DNA of 63,954 nt, filler included, from Octopus bimaculoides (GCF_001194135.2; 6 parts of 4 records of this genome joined end to end with filler, not necessarily neighbours in it); one strand, 5' to 3'. Positions 27,077 to 39,452 are shown, counted from the first letter of the whole stretch. A program made the numbers and translations. Notes: generated by a model not told the origin, from the sequence alone.

Positions 27077-28003
27077 TTGGGTCATCCCATAAATAATGCG
27101 ATTTTTTTATACTTCTTTTATTTTTCAAAATTAAGATAAACAAAGTTCTTTTTTAATCTAAAATATATTCACCTTCATTTTCTACTATGTTCTTCCGTCT
27201 ATCTGGTAGACTTGTAAGGCCCCTCTTCCAAAATTCACTTGTCCGTGACGAAAAATACTCTTCCAGTACTGTTCTGACCTCGTCTACAGAATTCATATTT
27301 TTTCCGTCCAAATGATTTTGAAGACTGCGGAATAAATGATAACCAGATGGAGGAATGTCCGGCGAATATGGTGGGTCAAGCACCGTTTTCCATTCAAACA
27401 GCCCCGGCCTTTGGAATGTCATCCTCACTGTATGTGGCCGAGCATTATCCTGATGGAAGAACACCTTTCGTTTTGAAACTAAATATGGTCATTTTTCTTC
27501 TAGCGCTCATTGAATGGCTGGTTGAATGACCAAATCCAAGCTTCTCTGTTAGTTATTTAACAGTTATGATGGGATTTTGTTTCACCAGGGTTTGCAGGAC
27601 ATCATCGTCGAGCTCTACAGCGATCTTCCAGGACGAGGCTCGTCTTCTAGGCTGTAGTTTCCCTCTCGGAATTCCTGGAACCACCGTTGACACTGGCTTG
27701 CGCTTATTGTCCAATCCCCATATACTGCATTAATATCCCTCGCACTCTCCGTTGCGTTGTTGCCTTTATTGAACTAACAAAACAAAACATGCTGAATATG
27801 CTCCTTTGTCACTTCCATTATAGCTTTGAAAAAATAACTGTTAAAATCGAACTGCGCTCTTCAAAAAACTTGCACTAAGATTAAGGACAAGGTAAAATTA
27901 CTACCTGCTTTTATAGCAATTTGATTCAGGTAGTTTATCTCGTCCCCCTCCAAATTTTAGTTCATGCAATTGAAAACACTGCATTATTTATGGGATGACC
28001 CAA
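27077..28003 (-). mobile_element. Tc1/mariner transposon, internally deleted, intact TIRs
   Basis: Perfect 23-bp TIRs TTGGGTCATCCCATAAATAATGC (27077-27099 / 27981-28003), each flanked by TA; transposase relic inside. Confidence 0.92.
27153..27818 (-). pseudogene. Mariner transposase relic
   Basis: C-terminus HQDNARPH...PPYSPDIPPSGYHLFRSLQNHL (ORF 27153-27464). N-terminal HTH from ATG 27818 (MEVTKEHIQH...FNKGNNATE...CQRWFQEFREGNYSLEDEPRPGR). The middle is missing. Confidence 0.88.
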
Positions 28004-28030
28004 TATATGTGTGTGTGTGTATGTGTGTGA

Positions 28031-28066
<36 letters not shown>

Positions 28067-30105
28067 NNNNNNNNNNNNNNNNNNNNNNNNNNNNNNNNNN
28101 NNNNNNNNNNNNNNNNNNNNNNNNNNNNNNNNNNNNNNNNNNNNNNNNNNNNNNNNNNNNNNNNNNNNNNNNNNNNNNNNNNNNNNNNNNNNNNNNNNNN
28201 NNNNNNNNNNNNNNNNNNNNNNNNNNNNNNNNNNNNNNNNNNNNNNNNNNNNNNNNNNNNNNNNNNNNNNNNNNNNNNNNNNNNNNNNNNNNNNNNNNNN
28301 NNNNNNNNNNNNNNNNNNNNNNNNNNNNNNNNNNNNNNNNNNNNNNNNNNNNNNNNNNNNNNNNNNNNNNNNNNNNNNNNNNNNNNNNNNNNNNNNNNNN
28401 NNNNNNNNNNNNNNNNNNNNNNNNNNNNNNNNNNNNNNNNNNNNNNNNNNNNNNNNNNNNNNNNNNNNNNNNNNNNNNNNNNNNNNNNNNNNNNNNNNNN
28501 NNNNNNNNNNNNNNNNNNNNNNNNNNNNNNNNNNNNNNNNNNNNNNNNNNNNNNNNNNNNNNNNNNNNNNNNNAAGCCTATCTATCCATCGGAGAGAACA
28601 TTGTCTGTCATGGAATTAAAAAAAAAAAAATTGAAGGAAAAGCATTCCATGGTGAAAATTGCCACGCAACGATGGCCTCTTTTGCTAGTATGTATGTGTG
28701 TAGGTGTATGTGTATATATAAAGCATATTATCAAACTGAAACTGAATCTAGGACTTCGTTACCTAATATGTCTTCTCTTATTTAAAAGACGGCAGCGTGT
28801 GATTTGTGTGGTGGGGTGCGAGTAAAGAAAATCGACCGACTCCACCACGACCACCGTCGTTGACTCGTTTAGCACATTCCTTTCAGCAAAAGGAGTGTCC
28901 TTAATTGACTTTTGTTTCAATAAAGCAAATGTTTACCACTTGAATATCACAGAGAGCAAGCTAAGTAAAAGATTGGCATTTCACACTTCCGGTCATTGAA
29001 GACGTGACATTTCTCCGATTATAAAAACGGACGCCATTTGTCTACATGGATATATATCGTCTTTACTTTTCTATTATTATTATTATCATTATTATTGTTG
29101 TTATTGTTGTTGTTTTTGCTATCGTTGCTGTTGTTGTGATAGTGGTGGTGGTGGTGGTGGTGATTATGGTGCCAGAAACATGCGCGCTTCAAGTCGCTCG
29201 TTAAGTTTACATTATTAACTGTCTTTCAAGGATTTATGTTCAAACATTTTGGCATAAGATTTCGAAGGTTGTGAGGTTCTGCCCGGTTTCCATGTATTTT
29301 CGCCCTTTGGGACAGAATTTGGAATTAATTTTTCTAAAAATGTTTTGGCTTTCGTTTTCTTTTTTTTTTTTTTTCTCTCAAAAACTAAAATTTTCACAGA
29401 AGTTTCATAGGAGCGAGATTAGAGAGAGATTGGAAGAACTGTTTTGACGCTGCGTTTCTGCTTTCAAAACAAAGTACCACCTTAATCATCACCAGTTCCA
29501 CCANNNNNNNNNNNNNNNNNNNNNNNNNNNNNNNNNNNNNNNNNNNNNNNNNNNNNNNNNNNNNNNNNNNNNNNNNNNNNNNNNNNNNNNNNNNNNNNNN
29601 NNNNNNNNNNNNNNNNNNNNNNNNNNNNNNNNNNNNNNNNNNNNNNNNNNNNNNNNNNNNNNNNNNNNNNNNNNNNNNNNNNNNNNNNNNNNNNNNNNNN
29701 NNNNNNNNNNNNNNNNNNNNNNNNNNNNNNNNNNNNNNNNNNNNNNNNNNNNNNNNNNNNNNNNNNNNNNNNNNNNNNNNNNNNNNNNNNNNNNNNNNNN
29801 NNNNNNNNNNNNNNNGCCAAAGTCGGCCCCAGCGACATTTGAAGGCAGAACATAAAGACGGACTAAACGCCGCGAAGTATTTTACCCGGCGTGGTAACGA
29901 TTCTGCTACCTCGCCGCTTTAACAAAAACATTAAATATTAAAGTAGTTGTATGCTGTCAACTTAATGCGACAGTCCCATGAAGGGAATAATACTACTGCT
30001 GTTTAGACCTAGGAAGCTGCACCGCTTCCTGTCGGCCTTGACGCATTTCCTGTGTCCTTATGTTTACAAGGGGGAGACAAGCACCTCTACCCAGCTAAGC
30101 CTGCA

Positions 30106-30149
30106 TCCAGAGACATGTTTCTGAGTCTTTGCTCGTCATCAGTCTGGAG
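30106..30149 (-). ncRNA. Hammerhead motif, inverted copy identical to the 30221 copy
   Basis: Lies in the left arm of a perfect 50-bp inverted repeat (30106-30155 / 30215-30264); stem I is 6 bp. Confidence 0.75.
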
Positions 30150-30220
30150 TAGCATATGTTTGCAAGAGCTTATATGTTTACAAGAGCTTGATAGGCATCT
30201 TCGACTGGCAGGTCATGCTA

Positions 30221-30265
30221 CTCCAGACTGATGACGAGCAAAGACTCAGAAACATGTCTCTGGAG
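30221..30265 (+). ncRNA. Minimal type I hammerhead ribozyme motif
   Basis: CTCCAGA CTGATGA C-GAG CAAAGA CTC-A GAAA CATG T C TCTGGAG. Stem I 7 bp, palindromic stem III ACATGT, GUC triplet. Confidence 0.8.
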
Positions 30266-30569
30266 CGGAAGTGAGCTTGAAAGTTAAAACTTAGGACACA
30301 TTCACAGCAGAGTTGGGCGTCAATCTTTGCCAAGCGGCTTCACTCTGCGTGCTTTAGCTTCGTTGCTATTGCAACAATACTTATTGATCAGATCTCGTAT
30401 GTATCTACCTGACAAAAAAAGATATTAGATAATGTCTACTCAACAAAAAAAAAATTATCATTATATACATCTTACAATACGATATACGTATGTATGCATG
30501 TATGTATGTATGTATGTATGTACGACGAATGAATGAATCTACTTAGTCATATTATAGGCAACAAATGTC

Positions 30570-31148
30570 GTTACAAGGCCAACAATTTCGAAGGAGGATG
30601 AAAGGCAAAGTCGACCTCGGTGGAATTGAAACTCAGGACGTAAACACGGCCAAAATGCTGCTTAGCATTTTGACCAGTGTGTTAAACATTCTACCAGTTC
30701 GCTGGCTAACCAAGTCATAATATTCTTTTCTACAAGGCCCGAAATTTTTGGGGAGGGGACCAGTCGATTAGATCGACTCCAGTACGCAACTGGTACTTAA
30801 TTTATCGGCCCCCGAAAGGATGAAAGGCAAAGTCGACCTCGGCGGAAATTGAACTCAGAACGTAAAGACAGACGAAATACCGCTAAGCATTTCGCCCGGC
30901 ATGCTAACGTTTCTTATTTCTTTATTGCCCACAAGGGGGTTAAACACAAAGAGGACAAACAAGGACAGACAAAGAAATTAAGTCGATTACATCGACCTCA
31001 GTGCGTAACTGGTACTTAATTTATCGACCCCGAAAGGATGAAGAGCAAAGTCGACCTCGGTGAAATTTGAACTCAGAACATAACGGCAGACGAAATACCG
31101 CTAAACATTTCGCCCGGCGTGCTAACGTTTCTGTCAGCTCACCGCCTT
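30570..31148 (-). mobile_element. SINE A cluster: decayed copy plus a dimer (30720-30913, 30914-31148)
   Basis: The dimer is flanked by an 11-bp direct repeat ACCAAGTCATA (30709-30719, 31149-31159). Confidence 0.88.
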
Positions 31149-31177
31149 ACCAAGTCATATTGTTATCGTGTTGGAAG

Positions 31178-31562
31178 TGAAGGCGCATGGATCAGTGTTT
31201 AGAGCATCGGGCCCACTATCATGAGGTAATGTGTTCGCTTTCCGGAGCAGGTTGTGTGTTGTGTTCTTGAGCGAGACAGTTTATTTCACGTTGCGCCAGT
31301 TTATTCACCTATAGAAATGAGTTGTGACATGACTGGTGCCAAGCTGTATCAGCTTTATTCTTTCCTTTGGATAACATCCGTGAAGTGGAGAGGGGAAGCT
31401 AGTATGCAAGGAGTGGAAGCTGGTATGCAAGGAGAGGAGGTTGGTATGCATGGGTGACTGCTGGTCTTCCATAAACAACCTTGCCCGGACTTATGTTTCG
31501 GAGAGTAACTTTCTAGAGGCAATCCCATGACCATTCATGACCGAAGGTGATCTTTACTCTTT
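31178..31562 (+). mobile_element. SINE family D variant with a different 3' half
   Basis: Same head and TTTATTTCACGTTGC module; ends CATGACCGAAGGTGATCTTTAC. Confidence 0.75.
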
Positions 31563-31974
31563 ATCTTTGTTTTCTCTTTCTTTTTGGAAGCTGAATACTT
31601 ACTTCACAGACAAATGCCTTTTTAATCTTCGGACAAAATTTATTTGATATATTAACATTTGATACGGCTGTCCCACAGAATTGCGAGTATAATCCATCGA
31701 AGAGGCTTCCACTCAGCCTCATTTAAAACTTCTTGATTACCTAAAGGTATGGTAGAATATATTTGGTGAAGCAGTTTACGTTGGGATCACGCCTGGGTCA
31801 TTAGTATGGGAGACCAACTAAGCCTTTTGTCATACGGGGTGCAGCAAAAAAACTACCCAGATGCACTATTCTTCATAAACTTTTCAACAGCAAACGCAAA
31901 CATTACCTGCATGAAGACGCCATACCATCAGTATAACTTCAGGAGCGTCTCAACAGTGGCCACGTAAAATATTT

Positions 31975-32203
31975 ATTTCTTTATTGCCCACATGGGGCTA
32001 AACATAGAGGGGACAAACAAGGACAGACAAAGGGATTAAGTCGATTATATTGACCCCAGTGCGTAACTGGTACTTATTTAATCGACCCCGAAAGGATGAA
32101 AAGCAAAGTCGGCCTCGGCGGAATTTGAACTCAGAACGTAGCGGCAGACAAAATACCACTAAGCATTTCGCCCAGCGTGCTAACGATTCCGATAGCTCGC
32201 CGT
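31975..32203 (-). mobile_element. SINE family A, full length
   Basis: Tail TTATTTCTTTATTGCCCAC through to the head. Confidence 0.88.
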
Positions 32204-32654
32204 CTAGACCACATAAAATATTGAAGTCTTTCTGCCGCAAACAGCACAGTTTCAGGATATTATGTTCGATAACTCTTTCACTTTTTGAAAGATTTATCTC
32301 CCTTGAAAGATTTATCTCGCAAATATTTGTAACTAGACGAAAATAGATTGCTAAGATAAACTAAAGACAGACAGACTATATCAATTATAATTTTTTTCTT
32401 TTCTTTTATCTTTTTTATTACTTTTTCTCAGCAATTAAAGTGATGCCATGCTGGCGTACCGCCTTGTGGAAGCTTTTATTTGAATGAATCGACTCCAGTT
32501 CTTATTTTCTTTTAAAGTCTAGTTTATTCTACCGTTTTCTACTGCCGAACTTCTTTGTTACGGACACATAGAAACACTAACACCAGCTGTCGTGTAGTAT
32601 GCGGTGGTGGAGAACAAGCGCGTACGCACGCACGCACGCACACACACAAACACA

Positions 32655-32873
32655 TACGAGGGGTGGTGAAAAGTTCCTGATTTTAAGGGTGTCATGAAAG
32701 GTCTGGTTTGGAGGCTCAAATTTCAGAGTTCTTTTACAGGGCTTAGAACGATTATTGCAATAAGTATGTGATTCAGAGAGGTGGGGGAATATGTTGAATA
32801 AAATCATAATTAACTGATCCTCCTATATTTTCTTTTACCCAGAACCAGGTACTTTTCAACAGGCTGCTTTGTA
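32655..32873 (+). mobile_element. Short mariner-derived MITE-like element
   Basis: Left end TACGAGGGGTGGTGAAAAGTTCCTG, internal GEYVE*-like transposase tail, decayed right end CAGGTACTTTTCAAC. Confidence 0.55.
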
Positions 32874-33009
32874 CTACTTTATCTAATTAAAGTAGAACAT
32901 TCTTATAGCCGAGATAATCTGGATAAATCCAAATAAATTGAGCTAAGTGAAATAATTATCACAAAGTGATCAAAGGCATTTATTTAAACCGCGAAGGCGG
33001 GTAAGTGAA

Positions 33010-33190
33010 TAGTGGCTTCAAATTTTGGCACGAGGCCAGCAAATTTGGGGCATGAATACTCAACGTGTACTCGTTCTTTCGACCACGAAATTCAAAGTCA
33101 ACTTGAGCGAATTTTAAACTCAGTATGTAAAGAGGGACGAAATGCGGTTAGGCATTATGCCCAGCGTGCTAACGATGCTGTCCGCTCAAC
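33010..33190 (-). mobile_element. SINE family A, highly decayed
   Basis: CACGAGGCCAGCAAATTTG ... CCCAGCGTGCTAACGAT. Confidence 0.55.
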
Positions 33191-33662
33191 GTCTTCCCAT
33201 TGGTGAATATCAAATACCGGAAGTTTAATATAAACTTATTCGCTTTTTTTGTTGTAAACGTGCATTTTTGTTTCTATATATATACGCACACGCGCGCATA
33301 TATCCATGTGCGTGTGTGTGTGGAGGGGTTCGCTTTCTCGTTTTAGTTTAGAATTAATCTTGACTGGCCACCTGCATGGTAGCAAGGCTGTGAAGAAATC
33401 TCAAGATTTTGCAAGTTTTTATGGTCTCATATATGTATGAATGAATGTATGTATGTATGTATGTATGTATGTATGTATGTATGTATGTACAGTTTTTTTT
33501 TTTATTTATGGGTTTCAGCCAAGTGGCTGTGGTCATGCTGGAGCACCACGTATGTATGATCTAATTATCACATAGGTCTTTTTTGCCACAGTGTCGGAGC
33601 TTAAAATATCTTTAGACCCGCACCACCCTACATAAAACTAGATATTTTCTAATTATCTACTC

Positions 33663-33760
<98 letters not shown>

Positions 33761-34829
33761 ACTCTCTGGTTCACTTAAAAATTTCTTAGCATGACCATGT
33801 TTGTGAAGCGGTTACATCTAGTACTTACTGTCTTTTTTTAAATCATGTGATCACGTGATCGACCAGACTATTGGATGTTGTTTTACATCGCTGGTTACAA
33901 TGCACTTTACATCGTTTTAGCTTTCAGATGATGTCAACACTCTGCCTAGGCGAGCAGGTCAACATTCCTTCTGATCGGAAGGCTAGTCTGTCACAGGGTT
34001 ACCTATTCATTGCTGAGTGGACTGGAGCAACGAATTGGAGCAAATAAAAACAAGTAGTGAACTGATTTACCACAAAGAAAGAAAGGAAATAAGAAAAACA
34101 AAACTTAAGTACAGATATTCAGTTAATTGAGAGGCAAACTACACATCACAACCAAAGTAATTTGATATCTTTTTTCGCAACACAAATCACTCAGCTTGCC
34201 TTTGAGCTGTATAACTTCTATCACCAACAATTAATATCCACAAGAAAAATGATAAACTAATACGACTGCAGATTTGATGCGACATGTTAACCTCACTGAA
34301 ACATTTATTATTTGTTACGTAGTGTCAACATTTTCCTTACATGAACTGCGACCTGGCCACTGATAACATTGTATGACAGATAATCTTGTCAGTGACTAAG
34401 TCTCAGTTCACGACACAAAAAATGTCGACACCATATATCAAAAAATAAATGTGTAAGTGAAGCTACGTTTTGCATTTTTGAATAGATAACATGTGTCTTC
34501 CATTCAGAAATGGTTTTAGTTTAAACAGTCTCAGATCAAACCACTTGACTGGCAGGTAGATATCTGACAAAGAAGTAGTTTCGAAAAGATATTTTTTGTA
34601 GAATTCGACCCATTCAACCTCCACAGGCGCTACCTTGTCAATCTGTTACTGTAGTAAAAGCAATGGTTCAAAGATTGCTTTGTAAGCAACGACGTTGCAA
34701 CAAAGAATAAGCAATATAGGTAAGGGGGAGAACTTTTGTCTTGGCTCTTGTTGTGAATGTAAGGGAGGTAATTAAGATTATATTATGGAGAATTTAAGAA
34801 TTTACGAGAATCGTAGCTAATTTTCGTTG

Positions 34830-34989
34830 AGTGGAAGGAGTTCGACGCTGCTTTAAATGTGGCCTGAAGGGACACATAAGAGCGGAATGTACATCAAAGC
34901 CAAGAAAAAAGCAGCCAGAAAATACGGAACAGAAGATAAAACAGAGCCGCAGAAAGGAAGTAACCGAAAAAGAAAAGGAAGTAGCGTAA
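34830..34989 (+). pseudogene. Gag/ORF1-like CCHC zinc knuckle relic
   Basis: CFKCGLKGHIRAEC (C-X2-C-X4-H-X4-C) at 34849-34890, followed by a K/E-rich run to TAA at 34987. Not in the ORF track because there is no start codon. Confidence 0.7.
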
Positions 34990-35454
34990 ACAGGAAAAAA
35001 TAAATGGCAAGATGTAACAGGAAAAAAACGAAAAAAGGAAAGTGAGCTAAACTGTAATCCATATTCCACACCCATCCTGCCCACACCTTCTCAGACCCAC
35101 CCACTCCCTGCAGACACTAGGCCTATCCATTCCCATCCGACACAAAAACAAGAGGCAAGCACACACAAAGAAACCCGAAACCCCTCCTCCAAGTCAAAAA
35201 AGAGAAAGAAAAAGTGTAGGATTTATATGTTGCTTAGCGACGAGCTGTTAAAGGATTCGGCAGAATGGGACATAAAGTGTATTGGAACTGCGGAGTATGA
35301 TAATGTGGAGGAACATCACTTGTGTGTAATACCAGACAAGAAGCAGGAAGAAAAAAATACAAGAGTATATGGTTGGATTTTGTTTTTGGGAGGTGGACTG
35401 CAGCTGGAGCTCATTACCAGACTTTACGACGTACGATAGGTGGTTGGAGGAAAC

Positions 35455-35640
35455 AGGTATCGACGTGTTAGAAGGTTCGTCTGTCTTTATGTCCTGAGTT
35501 TAAATTCCGCCGAGGTCGATTTTGCCTTTTATCATTTCGGGGTCGATAAATTAAGTACCAGTTGCGTACTGGAGTCGATCTAATTGACTGGCTCCTTCCC
35601 TTAAAAAATTTCGGGCCTTGTGCCTAGAACAGAAAAGAAA
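35455..35640 (+). mobile_element. SINE family A
   Basis: Central domain and TAGAAAAGAA-type tail. Confidence 0.8.
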
Positions 35641-37271
35641 ATATTTCGACAGACGACTAAACGGCATCCAAATGAAGGGATATAACTTTACAGTTCCCAC
35701 AAACTTAACACCGTTTTGCAAGGGAGATAACTTCTGAAAACCTGCGAAATTTCTTTATAATTAATAGTATTTACATTAACATTCCCATCTCNNNNNNNNN
35801 NNNNNNNNNNNNNNNNNNNNNNNNNNNNNNNNNNNNNNNNNNNNNNNNNNNNNNNNNNNNNNNNNNNNNNNNNNNNNNNNNNNNNNNNNNNNNNNNNNNN
35901 NNNNNNNNNNNNNNNNNNNNNNNNNNNNNNNNNNNNNNNNNNNNNNNNNNNNNNNNNNNNNNNNNNNNNNNNNNNNNNNNNNNNNNNNNNNNNNNNNNNN
36001 NNNNNNNNNNNNNNNNNNNNNNNNNNNNNNNNNNNNNNNNNNNNNNNNNNNNNNNNNNNNNNNNNNNNNNNNNNNNNNNNNNNNNNNNNNNNNNNNNNNN
36101 NNNNNNNNNNNNNNNNNNNNNNNNNNNNNNNNNNNNNNNNNNNNNNNNNNNNNNNNNNNNNNNNNNNNNNNNNNNNNNNNNNNNNNNNNNNNNNNNNNNN
36201 NNNNNNNNNNNNNNNNNNNNNNNNNNNNNNNNNNNNNNNNNNNNNNNNNNNNNNNNNNNNNNNNNNNNNNNNNNNNNNNNNNNNNNNNNNNNNNNNNNNN
36301 NNNNNNNNNNNNNNNNNNNNNNNNNNNNNNNNNNNNNNNNNNNNNCCTTTAGCACATCGCACGGTCGATACAAAAAAAAAACATGAAAAGAGGTTAAATG
36401 AGTATAAGTGCCAAAAAGAAGAGAGACACAACCGGTAGAGGATTTAAGAGAAGGTTTTATTCATATGTCAACATGTGTGTCTGTGTGTGTGAGTGCGACA
36501 TATAAACACAATAATAGACAGGCCGTCATGCAAACAAAGTGTATGTGTAAACAAACATAGATGTATGGGTGTGCGAGAAATACAGAGCATAGAAAAGAGT
36601 CTATAAGGATGTTAGAAGAAAGTCCAGACACAAGGATGGAAAATACCAGTTCGTGGTCAAGGTACACAGTAGTTGAGGTGCTGTAACAAGAGTTTGTGGC
36701 GGCAATGCAGAGCCGAAGAGAGACACATGTCTTGTAAGAAGTTGAGGCTTCAATGCTGCGGTCGGTTACTTGGTACATTCGCTGTTAACCATAGCGAAGC
36801 AATTCACAAACAGTGTTGAGAGAACCTGTGCGGGTGCTGTTGGTGGTGTGTGTGTGTAGAGACGTCGCTGTAGACGCTAAGAAGCAAGCGGTGGCGACGA
36901 AGAAGGAGTTTGCAGTAAGCTGTTGAACGAAGCGTTGACGAGTCTCCATGTGCTGTGTCGTGTCGTCGCTGAAACTGACTGTGTGCTCTGTGGTCAGCGG
37001 CTAGACCTCAGAAGGTCTAAAGCCGACTGAGAAACGTGACGGTGAAAAGCTAGCTACTTGTAAGATACTATCGGCTCAAACGGAGATTCAGAAAGACTGT
37101 CCCACGCGACCTTATCTAAAGGCTGCGATTGGTTGGGTTGCACCTTGGCGCGAAATGGAACAGAAGACAAAATTCGCCAATATCAACCAATCAGAGTGAT
37201 GGACACAACAGGGACCAAAGATGCGGCCGAAGGCTAGGTGTTATCCACTACGTCCGTATTCATGTGTATAT

Positions 37272-37308
<37 letters not shown>

Positions 37309-37474
37309 TACGTTACATATGCATATATGGGAACATGACGTCAGAAAACGTAAACAGCATGGAATACGAAATACGAAAACAACATGATATACGAAGACAA
37401 ACTTTGGTATGCGAACAACGTGAGAAACAAAGGTGCTAGTATAGCATAGTATAGTATAGTATAGTATAGTATAG

Positions 37475-37513
<39 letters not shown>

Positions 37514-37543
37514 ATATATTAGAGTTAGATAAGGCTGATTTAT

Positions 37544-37604
37544 GGGATTATCTTAGGTTTCACGTCCATAAAGGGCCTGGCTGTATGACGTATCTTCAGA
37601 TCCC
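37544..37604 (-). ncRNA. Hammerhead motif in the inverted pLTR (stem III mutated)
   Basis: Minus strand GGGAT CTGAAGA TACGTC..GACGT GAAA CCTAAGATA ATCCC; G16.2 is changed to A relative to the right-hand copy. Confidence 0.6.
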
Positions 37605-37859
37605 AAAACCTGTCGGCCAAAGGAATCTCTAGTGAGTGGCCTCTCTAGGATATGGAGGAGGACATGAGCTCGTTACTCAATGTCAACAAAGGGGATTGTC
37701 TCCCGTTGGCTATCGATCGTCGATGTCAATATTAACACCAGCAAGGGGAGAGGCAGAGCAAGGGTCACTCAGATTTTTACCTGTCTGTTTCAAAAGGATT
37801 ACTGGGCAAGACGCTTTACTTCGCTTGGGGCTTCAATGGCATTAGCGACAGGAATATAG

Positions 37860-38600
37860 AAGTCATTTTGCACGCCAGGAAAACAGTCCTCTCCAATAAA
37901 GTTTCGACCTGAGTCAAGCAATCCTTTGATGTAGAGATGATGTATGTGACCTCATCGGGTTGTATACCCTTAATACACTTAAGAAAAAGTTCCTCTCTGT
38001 CCTCTTCGGTCTCAGCAGAGATGACGCCCTGGCCATCTCAAGAGGAGCTAACGACCACATACTAGAAGGGTTAGGAAAGATGTAATTAGCACACTTGCCT
38101 CCATGGGATTGAGACTCACCATAGAGACCAACCTCACCACCGCGGACTTCTTAGACGTCACGCTCGACTTGGGCTTTGGTACATACAGGCTCTACCGCAA
38201 GCCAAATGAGAGGCTAAAGTATATCAATACAGCCTCCTGTCACCGCCCATCAAATTCAAAAATCTGGTGAAGGGTGTTAGTAAGAGGATCACGAACCTTT
38301 CCTCCAGCCAAGAGATTTTTGACGCAGGTCATCCCATAGTATAACGAGGCCCTAGCTGCTAGCGGAATAAGGGACCGCATCTCCTATATGCCAGACCTCA
38401 ACATCCGCAGAAGGAAGTGTCACAGAAATATCATTTGGTTTGACCCCCACTTCTCTCTTAACGTAAAAAACGTCTACAGGTAGGATATTCCTTAAGTTAA
38501 TAAGATAAACATTTCACTAATTCAGATAGATACGGACGCATTTTCAACAGGTACAACCTTAGGGTCTCTTTTAGCTGTGCCCATAATATTGAGAGCATTC
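37860..38600 (+). pseudogene. PLE reverse transcriptase C-terminal half plus thumb (disrupted)
   Basis: Hand translation gives GLSRDDALAI (RDD at 38017-38025, the YRDD equivalent), DFLDVTLDL (from 38145), YRKPNE (from 38193), RNIIWF and FNRYNLRVSFSC. These are typical PLE RT motifs; several frameshifts and stops. Confidence 0.85.
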
Positions 38601-38629
38601 TACTTAGCACCTCTAGACCACAAGCGGAG

Positions 38630-39170
38630 GAAGAATGTTCATGCAGGAACCGCAATTGATGTCCAGCAACAGCAACATCAGCAGCTCCCCTAACGGTGAC
38701 CACAGAAGCAGGGGCGTCAATACCAATAGTAGCAGCAGCAGAAACGCGAACAGAACCAACACTAGCAACGCCAGTCCCGGCAACAACGGCGGCAGCAACG
38801 CCAACACCAACAGATACACCACCGCCTACACTCGACCAAGGAGATACATCAGCTGTTCCGGGAAATCGTTCGAACAATGCCTCGCCAACTACAAATTCTC
38901 CTTCAGGATACCGGAAAGGAGATTAGTTACGTCATTAACCAGCCACGTATGGCAGCTAACAGACGACGGGATTCCATACATAGTATCAAGAAGAATCCTA
39001 GAGAATCAAAAACCCCTACATTAACGGGACCGACCGGTGTAAATTATGCACAACGGAACGGGCTAGGATCCTAAAGGACCCCTCTACCAAGGGAACATTC
39101 TGATCTCAAGAACGGAAGTCTTCGGACTGTGCTTGCATCTTAAGAAATTCCTGTTAGCCTATTGGATCCC
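38630..39170 (+). pseudogene. PLE GIY-YIG endonuclease (disrupted)
   Basis: CSCRNRN*CP linker, then YISCSGKSFEQCLANYKFSFR...TSLTSHVWQLTD, RCKLCTTER (from 39035) and LISRTEVFGLCLHLKKFLL. Matches the PLE GIY-YIG layout. Confidence 0.8.
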
Positions 39171-39391
39171 ACGAGATAGCATGGCCATCGATAGCCAAAG
39201 GGATATACCCCACTTTATTGACATTGGCGATCGATAGTCAAGGAGAGACAATCCCCTTTGTTGACATTGAGTAACGAACTCATTTCCTCCTCCATATCCT
39301 AGAGAGGCCACTCACTAGAAAGGCCACTCACTAGAGAGGCCACTCACTAGAGAGGCCACTCACTAGAAAGGCCTTTAGCCAACAGGTTTTG

Positions 39392-39452
39392 GGGATCTGA
39401 TGATACGCTATAAAGCCAGGCCCTTTATAGACGTGAAACCTAAGGTAATCCC
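39392..39452 (+). ncRNA. Type I hammerhead ribozyme motif in the 3' pLTR
   Basis: GGGAT / CTGATGA / T-ACG-CTATAAAG..CTTTATAG-A-CGT / GAAA / CC-TAA-GG-T-A / ATCCC. GUA triplet, predicted cleavage after 39447. Confidence 0.75.

Noticed and set aside
38497-38877. Minus-strand hydrophobic ORF (also 56895-57236 on the plus strand)
   Set aside because: Antisense shadows of the PLE coding relics.
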